64,000 nt of DNA from Paraspadella gotoi. Lineage: Eukaryota; Animalia; Chaetognatha. The notes beneath the pieces were generated by a model that made no database searches, had not been told where the DNA came from, and saw only the letters and a program-made list of their open reading frames with translations. This document shows, in pieces, positions 12,948 through 26,745 of this stretch (position 1 is the stretch's first letter; every line of letters starts with the position of its first letter). Where the stretch lies: NCBI GenBank assembly GCA_051294375.1, contig CM119265.1, forward strand, positions 8,626,772 through 8,690,771, written 5' to 3'. The position numbers and the translations under genes were made by a program.

Positions 12948-14138
12948 TCTCGCCCAATTTCGCATACCCGTTTTTCAAACAATTTCTCAGTCCAATTTTT
13001 CCTCTCGGTCTTCGCAATCATTTCTTTTGTCCCACAAGCCTGACTTCCCCTTTAAAATATAACTAATCTGGGGAGACATCAATTTATATTTAATCAACGG
13101 AAAGGATTTGACTTCTTCTACTTTCTCATTTTCTCACTAATCTTTTTTCATTCGTTTTTTCATCTTTCTCTTCTTTACTTCGAAGTTCCCTGACTCATAG
13201 TGTGAATCGTAAAAAAAAAAACAGATCGGAGCACGAGACTTTGGCTTTTTTGCTCACGAGCGCCTCCACCTCACCCCCCCCGTCTTTCACCACCCCCATT
13301 CCTCACTGAATCATCTTTCGATGATATCCCGACTCATCAAGCGAAACCGCCCCCCCCAGACAATCCACCCTAACCGAAAAAAAAGACAACTTCACGGATC
13401 ACCTCTGCCTCCCTCTCACCGAAATCTTTTCAATTAGAGAGTTGGATTTCCTTCTTTTTTTTTTTCACGTTTGAAATCTCCCCTCCGTGAATTTTAAAAT
13501 CAATCAGGTTCTTGACTTTTACTTTTAGAATAAAATGTTACTCGAAATTAATAAATTTTAATTCTAAGATTCTAGTACATGTATAAAAAATGCGTTTTGT
13601 TCTGAGTCATGAACAAATAATTATTTTTTCGATTAAAATAATTATTCTTAATTGATATTCTTTGAATAATATGGTATGTATTTTCTCGTATTTCGATGAA
13701 ATAGTCCGTTTTATTTTACGACTGCTCTTAATTCGTTCCCTCTAACCCCCTTCCTCCCCCACAGCGCACCCTAGGTCCCGAACAGGTCCCATAAATCCCC
13801 TCTCTGAACCCAACCCCCCTGCCCGAGCGCGCCCCCGCCCCCCCTACCCTCTGCTTTCACGCCTCATTTGGACATCGACTCTCTTCTTTCTTCTTTGAGT
13901 TTCGTTTGTCATCGAGAAATTGATTGCCCGCTGACGCCGAACCACCGCCCGACGGCCCGACGCCACGCCGCCGCCCGCCGCCGACGACGACGACGAGACC
14001 GCCGACTCTGCCGACGCACGCCGCCGACGCTGCCGGACGCGTCCGGCGACGTTCGTCGAACCCTCGTCGTCGGTCCCGACTCTTCTCAGCTTTTTTTCGT
14101 GGCCAATGGGCAATCAACTGGCAATCTTCCTATACTTG

Positions 14139-14191
<53 letters not shown>

Positions 14192-14200
14192 CTCTCTCTC
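8533..14200. repeat. Right arm of the inverted duplication (indel-noisier, lacks the 2.8-kb insertion)
   Basis: Colinear reverse-complement match to 1-4324 plus 7147-8322. Starts immediately after the 25-N gap at 8508-8532. Confidence 0.95.
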
Positions 14201-14417
14201 TCTCTCTCCTCTCCTGGCCCGGTCGTTACTTCCAGAAATCAATGAAACCGTCGAGCTCACTCTTCACCCCAGCAGCCCCCACTTCCCGTCCCTCAAATCC
14301 GGACGACCGCAAGGGCCTCTACACTCTACACTGACTGACAGCGCCGACTTACCGACCGCCCGACAGAGAGATGAGAGATGGATGGAGAGAGAGAGACAAG
14401 AGAGAGAGAGGAGAGAA

Positions 14418-14453
<36 letters not shown>

Positions 14454-15329
14454 TGAGAGAAGAGAGAGAAGAGACGATCTTTAAAGTTTCGGGCGGACAG
14501 ATGTTCGCTCTCTCTTTTCTTGATGGCCACGAAATTTTTGAGGTCTTCTCGGTTTGTGAGAGGTTTTTCTCTTCTCTAAGCTTGGGTCGTTTCTTGTCAC
14601 TTCTGAGTCACGAGTCATTTTCTTCTTCTCTTTTCTTTTTTTTAAATTTACTTCTCTTCTTTGGGTCGTTGCGGCTGATGAGTCAATTTGGGTAATCCCC
14701 TCTCTTTTTTTTTTTTGATTCAAAATCTTTAATTATTTGTAGCAAATTGTCTGGATTACCACATTTAGGCTTCATCTTTTCTGTACACGTTAATGTCTAA
14801 CTTCTACATCTTAAACTTAATAGAGAGATTTTTTTGGGTTTATTATCTAGTTTTTGCCTTTCTTGGTTCTTTGATAAAGGTGAGTCAGAGCGATTCTTTT
14901 CTTTTTCTTTAACTTTGAGGATCGTTCATGTCGTCTTCTGATTCGATCATTCGGCGATTCTGCCACAGGAACGGGACTTTCCTACAAGATTGGGACGTTC
15001 AAGACGCGTACTTGTGGACTGTGCCGTGGACTGTGCCGTGTGCACTGATTCTACTACCTTCTGCTGCACATTTTGTGACTTTGATCAAGTTTTACCGCTA
15101 TGATTATTATAGATTATATTTGATATTTTTATCTGTGTGGAATATCTATCTACTTGATTATTTTATAAATACCCTTCTATACATCAAACGATACCGAGTG
15201 GCCATAAGAACAATTACACACCATTACGGCCACGCCAACAATCCCTGGAACTACGAGTCGTCCTTCTCCGCCGGGTCGTGGGAGGGGTTCATTCAGCAAT
15301 GTAGAAGAGGCGGGAAAAGGGGAATTTAG

Positions 15330-16070
15330 CAGGGAAGGGAGGAAAAGGAATGTGGGAGGAAGGAAAAAAGGAATTGTGGAAGGGAGGAAAGGAAGTGTGG
15401 GAAGGTGGAGAAGGAGGAGAAGAAGAATTGTGGGAAGGGAGCAAAAGTGGAATTCGATAGGAAGCGAAGGAGAACTATTTGTGGGGAGAAAAGAGGACTT
15501 GTGCGGAAGGCGAGTAATTGGAATTGTGGAGAAGGGAGGAAAATAGGAATTCGAGGGCGAGAGGCGAGGAAAAGAGAAGCGAAGAAAAGAGGAATTGTGG
15601 GAAGGAGGAAAAAAGGAAGTGTGTGGGAAGGAGGAAAGGGAGAGAAAGAGCAATTGTGGGGAAGGGAGCAAAAGTGGTAGATGTGTAGGAAGGAGGAAAG
15701 AGATTGTTGGGGAAGGGAGGAAAAAGAGGAATTTGGGAAGGAGGAAAAGGGAGTGTGGGGAAGAGGGGAAAAGAGGAATTGTTGTGGAGGGAGGAAAAAT
15801 TTGTGGGGAAGGGAGGAAAAGAGGAATTTGTCGGGCGAAGGCGAGGAAAAGGAAGTGTGGGGAGGAGGTAAAAGGGAATTGTAGGGAAGGGAGGAAAAAG
15901 AGGAATTCGCGGGAAGGAGGAAAAAGAGAAATTATGGGGAAGGGAGGAAAGAAGTGTAAAGGAAGGGAGTAACGAAGAATGTGGGGAAGGGAGGCGAAAA
16001 GAGGAAATTGTGGGGGGGGAGAAAAAGGAATCTGGCAGACAAGAGGAATCTGTAGGAAGGAGTGGAAAAT
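15330..16070 (+). repeat. Purine-rich minisatellite, ~25-27-nt unit similar to GGAATTGTGGGGAAGGGAGGAAAAAGA
   Basis: Degenerate tandem units seen directly. They generate the spurious G/K/R/E-rich and F/P/S/L-rich ORFs in the track. Confidence 0.9.
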
Positions 16071-16151
16071 AGGAACATCTCCCTCTCTTTTTNNNNNNNN
16101 NNNNNNNNNNNNNNNNNGCTCTCCTCTCTCTCGTCTCTGCTCTCTACTCCT

Positions 16152-16191
<40 letters not shown>

Positions 16192-17359
16192 CCCGGTTCG
16201 TTACTCCAGAAATCAATGAACCGTTCGGAGCTCACTCTTCACCCAGCAGCCCCACTTCCCGTCCCTCAAATCCGGACGACCGCAAGGCCTCTACACTCTA
16301 CACTGACTGACAAGGGCCGACTAGCCGACCGCCCGCACAGAGAAGAGATGAGAGTTCGAGATCGCAGCAAGTGAGGCAGGATGAGATTAGATGAGCAGAT
16401 CTAGAGAGATGAGAGACGAGGGACGAGATAGAAGAGACGGAGGATCAGAGATGAGCAGGAAGCGAGTAGACGAGACGCTCTCTTTAAAGTTTCGGGCGAC
16501 AGATGTTCGTCTCTCTTTTCTTGATGGCCACGAAATTTTTGAGGTCTCTCGGTTTGTGAGAGGTTTTTCTCTTCTCTTAAGCTTGGGTCGTTTCTTGTCA
16601 CTTCTGAGTCACGAGTCATTTTCTTCTTCTCTTTCTTTTTTCTAAATTTACTTCTCTTCTTTGGGTCGTTGCGGCTGATGAGTCAATTTGGGTAATCCCC
16701 TCTCTTTTTTTTTTGATCAAAAATCCTTTAATTATTTGTAAGCAAATTGTCTGGATTTACCACATTTATGGCTTCATCTTTTCTGTACACGTTAATGTCT
16801 AACTTCTACATCTTAATAGAGAGATTTTTTGGGGTTTCATTATCTAGTTTTTGCTTTCTTGGTTCTTTGATAAAGGTGAGTCAGAGCGATTCTTTTCTTT
16901 TTTCTTTAACTTTCTCGTATCAGTGAGGATCGTTCATGTCGTCTTCTGATTCGATCATTCGGGATTCTGCACAGGAACGGGATTCTTCCCTACAAATTGG
17001 ACGTTCAAGACGCGTACTTGTGGACTGTGCCGTGGACTGTGCCGTGCACTGTGCCGTGGACTATTTCTCTACCGTTCTGTGCACATTTTTGTGACTTTGA
17101 TAATTGTTTTACCGCTTGATTATTATTAGATTAGTATTTGATTATTTTTATTGTCTGTTGGAATATCTATCTACTTTGATTATTTTATTAAGGTACCCTT
17201 CTATACATCAAGAAGATACCGAGTGGCCTAAGAAACAATTACACACATTTACGGCGCCAACAATCCCTGGATCGAGTCGTCTTCTTTCTCATCGTCTTCT
17301 CCCTCTCCGACTCCGCCGGGTCGTGGAGTGGGGTTCATTCAGCAAGTGTGAAGGGGCGG

Positions 17360-18350
17360 GAAAGGGGAATTAATGGGAAGGGAGGGAAAAGGGAAATTGT
17401 GGGGAAGGAAGGAAAAGAGAATTGTGGGAGGGAGGAAAGGAAGTGTGGGGAAGGTGGAGAAGGGGAGGAGAAGAGAATTGTGGGGAAGGGAGCAAAGTGG
17501 AATTCGTGCGGAAGGAGGAAAGAAGAATTTGGGGGAGGAAAAGAGGATTGTGGGGAAGGGAGTAATTGGAATTGTGGAGAAGGGAGGAAAATAGGAATCG
17601 AGGGGGACGGGAGGAAAAGAGGAAGGAAGGAAAAGAAGGAATTGTGGGGAAGGAGGAAAAAGGAAGTGGTGGGAAGGAGGAAAGGGAGAGAAAGAGAATT
17701 GTGGGGAGGGAGCAAAAGTGGAGATTGTAGGAGGAGGAAAGAGATTGTGGGGAAGGGAGGAAAAAGAGGAATTGTGGGAAGGGAGGAAAAGGAGTGTGGG
17801 GAAGAGGGGAAAAGGGGAATTGTGTGATGGAGGGGAAGGAAAGGCGAATTGTGGGAAGGAAGGGAAAAGAGGAATTGTGGGAGGGTGGAAAAGGAAGTGT
17901 GTGGCCCAGGAAAAAGGGTAGGATAAACATTGTAGGGAAGGGAGGAAAAAGAGGAATTGCGGGGAAGGAGGAAAGAGAAATATGGGGAAGGAGGAAAGGA
18001 AGTGTGGAGAGGGAGTAAGAAGAAATGTGGGAAGGGAGGAAAAGAGGAATTGTGGGGGAGGGAGAAAAAGAGAATTGTGGGGGGAGGAAAGGGATCTGTG
18101 GAAGGAGAGGAAAATAGGAATTGTGGGAAGGAGGAAAGAGGAATTAGTGGGAAGGGAGAAAGGAATTTTGGGAGGGAGGAAAGAGGAATTGTGGGGGAAG
18201 GGAGGGAAAAGGAATTGTGGGGAAGCGGAGGAAAAGGAATTGTGGAAGGGTAGGAAAAAAGGAATTGTGGGGAAGGGAGGAAAAAGGAAGTGTGGGAAAG
18301 GGAGGAAAAGAGAAATTGTGGGGAAAGGAGTAAAAAGGAAGTGTGTGGAC
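17360..18350 (+). repeat. Second copy of the purine-rich minisatellite
   Basis: Same GGAATTGTGGG...GGAAAA unit over about 1 kb. Confidence 0.9.
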
Positions 18351-20799
18351 CTAGGAAAAAGGGTCAGGATAGGGAAAAGGAGAAAAGGGAGAAAGAAAGA
18401 GGAAAGGGAGAACCGAGTAGAAGAGAAAGAGAAAAATGCGATATGAAGCGAGAGAATCGATTCTCAACGAAATGATTATTGATTTTTAAAATCGATCGAT
18501 GAATCGCGGACAAAAATCCTAATTCAAGGGAAAAAACCAATAAGATTGATTATTCGGTGAAAATTTAAAAAAAAAGGAAACCAGAAATACTAAATTTGAG
18601 CAAGATTCCCTTGTCTTTAGTTTTAGTAAGAGACGAATTTCTCGTAAACTGTCAGATGATGATCTCTTGGGGTCTAGACGGTCTTCTGGGTCTTCGTCTT
18701 TGACATCATTTACGTCATCTTCTTTGTAAGATGAAAAAGTCGATTTTCATCATTGATTTGAGTCGCATCCAAAATCAAAGTAAAAATGAATGACGAAACT
18801 TCAACTCCCATTCAAAGTTGACGACGACATGGCGCCAATGGAGTCGATGACGTCGACGTCGACGACTTTGGCCTCGATGACGACGGCGTCGACCCGGCGT
18901 CTCCAAGGCGTCCGACTACGAATTGATTTCCGAGTCAAGGATGTTTTTCTTTCGTCGAGGTCTACCGGTCTCTCTCTCTCTCTGTCTCTCTCTCTGTGTG
19001 TCTCTCTCTCTGTCGTTTCGAAGGCTAAACGGCGGAGGCTCAACTAAGGAAAAAGAAGCGGCGATGGACGTGAGAAGCGAAGAAAGAGAAGAAATGGCGA
19101 AGAGTTCCGCGCCCTTTCCTTACTTTTTTTTTCAGAAAAGAAAGTGATTGGTTTAATGACGATTAAACTGCTTTAACTTCTTTTTTTTAAATTTAAACTT
19201 TTTACATATTTAATACAGATTATATTTCATACTCTGTTCAATGTTGTTGATTTTTTTTAATTAATACCAAAAATAGTATTAACAGTATTAACAGTATAAA
19301 ACTGATTTAACTGTTTAAGAAATATTTTAAGTTTTCCATTTTTGAGCTTATTATATATATCTTGCGCTTTCTGATTACAAACCGAAGACACTTTCAGTAA
19401 GTTGTTCGATCTGTGTCAGTCCATCTGTCTATCTAAGTAAAGACGTAACGTCAAAATTTCATTTTTACAGCTTGTTAATGTTTTAAACAATATATCTCAA
19501 AATAAATTTTGGTAAAGCAGTATTTTTTTTTATCGAATAAAACACTACAATATGCAAATAATATTTTCGTTACGATCAATGAAGGAATATTAAACGGATA
19601 ACATGAGGAATTCATTATCTCTCTCTNNNNNNNNNNNNNNNNNNNNNNNNNTCTCTCTCTCTGCTCTCCTCTCTCTCACTCTCCTCTCTCCTGCTCTCTC
19701 GTCCTCTCTCCTCGCTCTTACTCTCTCTCCGTCTACTCGTCTCTCTCTACTCTCTCTCTCTCTCTTCTCACATGTTCAATTCACAAGTCGACATTGCTTT
19801 CTTCGGCTCTCCATTTTGATCTATCCTTTCCCAGCACTTTGTCTTCACTTTTTCAAACTCCACGCATATTCCTGCATGTGTTTGTAGGTGTCAATGACCT
19901 CGATCCTTTTCTTCGTCGCCTCCTCGATTCCCTTTTTTTTCCTCCTTCACCTGTTTAAGTCTTTTGTGTAACCGGAATCAATCTATCATTGAGCACTTCT
20001 TTTTCTTAGTTTCATTCATTTTCCACACATCGTCCTTACCCTGCCTTCATTCTTATTTGCTTTATTTTTGCTTTGTTCACTAATTTCTGCCTTTTTGTTT
20101 TTTTGCATTTCTTTTTTCTTTTCCCACGTTCACTGGACTTTAATCAAACCGATAAAATTAAATAGTCCTTTTTTTCGATTATCACTTTTCTGCCTTTCAC
20201 TTCCAGGATTCGCTCTCACTCTCTCCGATTTCTCATTTTTCATCTTTCGCTTTCCGATTGCATTCCCAGCTCTCACCACCTCCACACCTCACTCTACCGC
20301 CCTCCTCCTTCTCACTCTCGAGCGCGTGAGAACTAATGACGACACACCGTAAATAGCTCACCAAAAGAGAGAGAAATCGCAAAGGGGCGTCGGCTCTGTA
20401 CCCTACCCCCCCTAGACGAAAAAAAAATGATGTTCTCACCTAAACGGAAATAACCAAAGAACCAACACAACAAGTTAACACAACAACACAAGTTAAGAAA
20501 AGAAACTGAGGACTGCCTTGTCGTCACTCCTCTGCTTGTCCCCGGCTCATCCCTCTCTCTCGTCACACGAAGTTTACGACATCGAAGGACGGAGAGACAT
20601 GGAGCAGAACTGAGGATGACGAGAGCAACCAGAGAGTAGAGAGGCAGAGAGTAGAGAAGATGAGAGAGGAGAGGAGAGAGAGAGAGAACGAGACTAGAGT
20701 AGATAAACAGGATTAGGGGATTGTTATTGAAAAACTCATTGTGCGATTGTTTTGTGCAATACCTGACCGGCGTAAACGATAACGGAAGTCAAGTCTCTC

Positions 20800-23100
20800 G
20801 GTCGTCGATTCGTTCGCGTCATTGTTGTGATTCGGTCGTTCGTCGTTGTTTTCGTCTGTTGTCATTGCCGCGTCTATTGATTTACAGTGGTAAACCTAAT
20901 TCCTTCGAGCGGAACAGGGGCCGTTCTGTCAGCCTCTGGGGTCGGAGGCACGGGGCTATAAACGAGATAGAGCAGGGGCAGATCGACGTGACGATTTAGC
21001 CTTTGAAGGCACGTCAGATAAGAGATTTTACTGAAAGTTGGTACAGTTCGGAAGCGTTCTCTCTCGCCGTTACAATTGATTGCTAGGTAGAGAGTGAGTT
21101 GTTTGTGAAACATATTGGTTCTAGAGCCTTTTAAAATATCTCTTTACGTTTACCATTATTAATATACATATTAGTGTTATTCGTTACCGATCCAGATTAC
21201 CATGCCAACGATTCTTGGATTCTAGAGAGGCCAGTAAAAAAATTTTAAATGTTATAGTGACTAAAAATAAGCATTATCGTCGTATATATATTATGTATCC
21301 CAATGAATAAATATTAGTGTAAAATTGAAACGCATATGTGGCAGTAGCGGGTAGCCAGACCCAAATTCAAAATTTTAATGGAACAGCATTTTAACTAATC
21401 CATGCAATTTGGTGATTAAATTGATTGTGGTTAAAATATTTTTTTTTGCAAACATGTTCGCGAACCATGGATGTAGATTACTGCTAATTATATATATTTT
21501 ATTGCTATATTAATGAAAAAATTCTTTTTTGGCAGTGTATTTTAAGTTTTTTTAATTGATTCTGATGAGAGCTTTAAAAAGTTAAGGCAAAAAATATAAT
21601 TACAACTTTAAAAATTTTTGATTGTTCTTATTACCTAAAAGAATTAGTAAAATACTGTTCTAAAATCATCTTGAATGATGATGATGATGATGATTTTTTT
21701 TAAGGTTTTTCCCTCATTTAGAGAGCCCACTTTATCATCAAGAAGCTAGTTTTGGAAAAAAAGAATGGCGTATACTTTGGTGTAGGATAACCCCTTTTTA
21801 TAAGCTATGTTTGGAAATTTCCTGGCTTTTTAAAAGAATAAAAAAATTCCCCCCCAAAAAAATTTTTTTGACATTTCCCTATCCTAAAATTAAATATTAA
21901 AAAAATGTTAATTACTATAGGCTGCTTTCTTTGCCATTATTTAGAAATTTTTGCTCCATTGAAAAAGTCTTTTTCTCCCCAGAAAGTGTATTTGAAGTTC
22001 ATTTTTTGGACTAAGGGTGTCCCCAAATTCAAACTTTTCTTGACCCACCCCCGATTGACGAAGTTTTGGGCTCTATTCTTTAGTTGTATAAAACCTTACC
22101 CAACGGGTTTGAAATTACGAGGAATAAGGTAAGACGGCATTTGACAAAGGAGGGAAAAAACACTTAACGACCCCAAAACCCCCAAAAGGTTTTGTAAAAA
22201 CGTTTTCCTTTCTTAAAAGGCGTTCCTCGGAGCTTAAAGAAGGAATATTCGGCCGTGGCGGAGGAACGTGGTAAAAAATTAACAAAGATTGGCCTGTAAG
22301 AACCCCAAAACAAAAATAAATACAACCGCTTTAAGATCATTAAATATCATTACGATTTTTATGAAGCGAATTTTTTGCTCTGTTAGAATATCTACCCTTG
22401 TCGTCGTCGTCGTCATTGTTGTCGTTTTCGTCGTCGTTTTCGTCGTTGTCATTGCCGTCGTCATGATTTACAGGGAACTAATTCTCGAACGGAAAAGGGT
22501 CTGTCAATGGGGGGGGCACCGGGGATAAAGGAGGGGGGGCATGAGTTGACGATTAGCTTAAGCCTTAGAAAAGATTTTAAAGTGGTTCGAAGGGGTTTTC
22601 TCGCGTTACAATTTGTGCTAAGTGAAAGTAAGAGTTTTATTAAACATATTGGTTCAGAGCCTTTAAAATATCGTTTACGTTTACATTATTTATATACATA
22701 TTATGTATTCGTTCACCGATTACATGCAACGATTTTGATTTAGGAGCCCATAAAAAAATTTTAAATGTAGGACAAAAATAAGATACGTATATATATTATG
22801 TATCCAATAATAAATATTAGTGTAAAATTGAAACCAGGGTTTTCTTAGTGTAATAAAAACTACAACGTTTGAAATACGAGAAAAGGTAAGACGCATGAAA
22901 AGAGAAAAACACTTAACGACCAAAACAAAAGGTTTTAAAAACGTTTTCTCTAAAAGCCTCGGAGCTTAAAAGAATATTCGGCCGTGGCGGAGGAGGTAAA
23001 AAATAAAAAGATGCTTAAAACCAGAACAAAAATAAATACAAACCCGTTTAAAAATCTTAAATATCATTTACATTTTTATGAAGCGATTTTTTGCCTGTTA
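20800..23100. repeat. Noisy local duplication with structure A-X-B-A'-B'
   Basis: ~20800-21331 resembles ~22395-22833, and ~22075-22385 resembles ~22840-23100. The first copies are insertion-rich. Confidence 0.75.
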
Positions 23101-23404
23101 AATGGACATTAAAGTAAAAATATTTCTGTTCACTAAAGATACTANNNNNNNNNNNNNNNNNNNNNNNNNTACTATTTTGCGCTTTAAAAGCGACAACGAC
23201 AGAAAACGCAAATCAGGTTTGTGAAAATCGAAAAAAAAAATAACCTTTTCTCTTTCTCTCTCCTCTTTCACTCTCCATTGCTCTCTCCTCTCTGCTCATC
23301 TCCTCCTCTCTCTCTCTTCTCTCTCGTGCTCTCTCTCTCTCTCTCTTCTCTCTCTTTCTCTCTCTCTTACCGGTTCACACTCATCTCAGTTTATCCACGT
23401 AGAC

Positions 23405-24320
23405 GCAGATTAGATGAGTTCTTGAAACCGGATCCAAGCTGCGGTCTTCCGCCCCCTTCGATCTGAAAATAAGACAACATCGTCGTTCGACATGAAAACA
23501 CGAAAGTTGAGACTAGAATTTGAGCTGGCCAGATGATCATTGTTAAGCCGCCAGTCGCATGGGGCGTGGCGTAAGAGTCTCGAAGAAATGATTTGTGGCG
23601 CCGAGCGATGACGAGCGCCGAATAGATGATGGTGAAGTCTCGTGGCGCAAGAATATGGCAACCGCGGAGAAGAACCGCCGCCGCGCTCGGAGTGGACGGG
23701 CGCAAGCGCCCACGCGCGCAGTGACGAAGAATAGGAGTTGAGCTATGAAGTTCAGGCAGACACCTATATAAATGCAGTACTAGTGATTCGCTACCGACTC
23801 TCTCTCTTTTTTAGTAAAGTAATTTGTTATAGGCGGACAATGCATGCTCTGCGACACCTTGATGAATTAAGATGCGTGGCCAATGAAACTCATTAGCCCG
23901 CGAGCTAACACTCCCGCGCCGCCCCCGCCGACGCGCTGCTTGGCGCTGCACATCGGTCGTACATGCGCTGCTCACTCGACTTCGGCCTCCACGGAACATC
24001 CTCTCCGCTCTCCGTCGCGACACGGCCTCATCTCCTCCTGCCCCAGAGATTAATGAGTCTTGAAAACCGATAAGTGGGTTTCCCCCCTTCCGATCGGAAA
24101 TAAACAAATGGTTCGACATAAAAAGAAATTGAGACTAAATGAGCCAATTATTTTAAGCGCAGTCCAGGGGGCGTGGCTAGAGTGAAGAATGATTTTCGAG
24201 CCATGAGACGCCGAATATATGGTGAATCTTGGAAGGAATGGAACGGTGAGAGTGGACGGGAGTGACAAAATAATTGATTGAAGTTCAGGCAACAACCTAT
24301 ATAAAGTATATATTGCTACT
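23405..24320. repeat. Noisy local duplication (~23405-23795 vs ~24045-24320)
   Basis: Same colinear sequence (GATTA.ATGAGT.CTTGAAA.CCG...GAAGTTCAGGCA...CCTATATAAA). The first copy is inflated by single-base insertions. Confidence 0.75.
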
Positions 24321-24745
24321 GTACGTTTGTCTTTTATGTATGTACGTATGTCTGTATTTATTCGCAGAACTTATAATTTTAGAGAAAACAAAGTTGTAAC
24401 CAACAACATTTTTTTTTTATAAAATTGTAGCGGACATGCTTCGANNNNNNNNNNNNNNNNNNNNNNNNNNNNNNNNNNNNNNNNNNNNNNNNNNNNNNNN
24501 NNNNNNNNNNNNNNNNNNNNNNNNNNNNNNNNNNNNNNNNNNNNNNNNNNNNNNNNNNNNNNNNNNNNNNNNNNNNNNNNNNNNNNNNNNNNNTGAATCG
24601 TGCGACTCGTGAGCTCGTGAGCCCCGAGATCGTGAGAGCCTCCTTCCCTCTCTGCTTCACAGCCTTTCGCGTTTCGCACGGAGGAGTGAGACCATAGATT
24701 CGCCCCGGTGAGGGATAGAAGGGAGAGAGAGAGGGAGTTGGTCCA

Positions 24746-24789
<44 letters not shown>

Positions 24790-25896
24790 AATAACCAATA
24801 ACCATCCCTCAACTTCGTAAACAATATTTTTTCACCTGTCGGCATTCAGAACGAAATACGCTAGCTTGCTTTTTACCTGCAAGCCTTACCAAAAAAAAAA
24901 TTATATACATACAAATCATTGTATAACATTTATATCGGTTGTACCAATTTCCTTTCCAAAATGCACTTTACGGCCAATTGTCTTACTCGGTCCCAAATTC
25001 CACAGTTACCCAACAGACGATATTTTCCATTTCCTTCCCAGGGACCATTTTTGATCCATTTCATTTTCCTATTCGATCCTCGGACGTTTCTCGCCCTTTA
25101 TTTTACAACTGCCCGTATTTCTCATCCTTTTCTGTTCCCGCCATTTTATCACGTCGATCGATTCTCCTGTCAACCGTGATCAATTTTTATTCTGTTTTTC
25201 TTTACTCCGTCGTAGCTTTATCCGCGCCTGTTGTTTTTTGTCGCTGTTGTTGTTGTTCTTATTGTTTACGGTCTCCCACGAAGTTTCTTTGTTGTCTCTT
25301 GGTTTCGTTAGTTTTGCCGGCGAACTTATTCGATAGAGTATTTTGGTTGGGATTACTGGGAGGCAAAGCGATGAGAGCAATCTCAATTACATTAATGAGA
25401 CCTCGGGTTAAGTTTGACTTCGTTTTTTTTTATTTTTATACTTTGGGTCGAAGTTTTTTTTTTTGTTTTTTTTTAAATAAACTGTGAAGATTTAATTGTT
25501 AACGATTTTTTTTTCTTTAAAAATATACGGAGAATTTTTTCTACTTCTACTTTTTTATGTCTTTTGTCAATTTCTATTTATTTTTATTTTTTTTAAATTT
25601 TTATGATGAATTAGATTTCTCTTTCTTTTTCTTTTTCTACTAGTTCTCATTTTCTCATTTTCCAATCTTTCCTCTCCTTATCCTGCTTATTCATCTTCAT
25701 TATCATCTTCTTCTCCATCTTCTTCTTGTTCTCCTTCTCTCATTTTCGTATCCTCCCTCTCCTTCTTCTTCTTCATCTTCATTATCGTCATCTTCTTCTT
25801 CATCTTCTTCTCGACTCTTTCGTCGAATTCCCCCGACACGGCGCCAAGTTCGCTCCGCCCCACGAAACCGTGACGTGATCCTTGAAACGTTTACGA

Positions 25897-25929
<33 letters not shown>

Positions 25930-26684
25930 NNNNNNNNNNNNNNNNNNNNNNNNNNNNNNNNNNNNNNNNNNNNNNNNNNNNNNNNNNNNNNNNNNNNNNN
26001 NNNNNNNNNNNNNNNNNNNNNNNNNNNNNNNNNNNNNNNNNNNNNNNNNNNNNNNNNNNNNNNNNNNNNNNNNNNNNNNNNNNNNNNNNNNNNNNNNNNN
26101 NNNNNNNNNNNNNNNNNNNNCAATCTGTTTTTTCGTTGAAATTGAAACTCATTGGTTTTATTTGATTACAAATTTATTTAAAATTGCAAATTTATTTCAA
26201 ATCCTTCCTCTAATTTTTATTTAACAAAAAAATCGTGTTAGTTTTTCATATTGCAAAAACTAATAACGGCAAATAAAGGATACTGCACGTAGATAAAAGA
26301 TTTATTAAGTATAGATTAAATGATTTTCGCATCTTTAAACGATTTTAAGAAAATATTTTACAAGTTCTGTTTAAAATAGTAACAGTCTAGTAATTAAAGT
26401 AAAGCTAATTATCGATATTAGATATGAGACGAAAAGACATTCTGTCCGATTTAATATTTAGATATATATTAAATCTCTATCCTACCAAATCAAATGACAT
26501 ACTGATTCGATCCCTTCTCCCACATCCTCCGGCGTCGCTATCGTATCCTCATCGAAGAGAGAGAGCGCATCGAGCCCATTAACGATTTCTTGTCCCGACA
26601 AAAGTTGTCTGGAGAAGACGACGACAAACCAACCGTGTCCTTCTTTGTCGTCGCCGTTGTCGTCGTCGTCCTTCTCCATCACTC

Positions 26685-26745
26685 AACATCATCATCATCA
26701 TGGTCATCATCATCATCATCATCATTATCATCATCATCATCATCG
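26685..26745. repeat. (CAT)n microsatellite
   Basis: Seen directly; source of the poly-His/poly-Ser/poly-Met ORFs. Confidence 0.9.

Larger units (their letters stand above)
14215..18400. repeat. Tandem duplication across a 25-N gap (14215-16092 vs ~16190-18400)
   Basis: TGGCCCGG...CCAGAAATCAATGAA and everything downstream recur after the gap at 16093-16117, with many small indels. Confidence 0.9.

Noticed and set aside
14675-14700. CTGATGA as a hammerhead ribozyme core (also ~21562 and ~55299)
   Set aside because: No stem II followed by GAAA and no compatible stems I and III.
15177-18446. Long ORFs (up to 352 aa) over the purine minisatellite; CRISPR-like periodicity
   Set aside because: Stop-poor low-complexity tandem repeat with no unique spacers and no cas genes; the context is eukaryotic.
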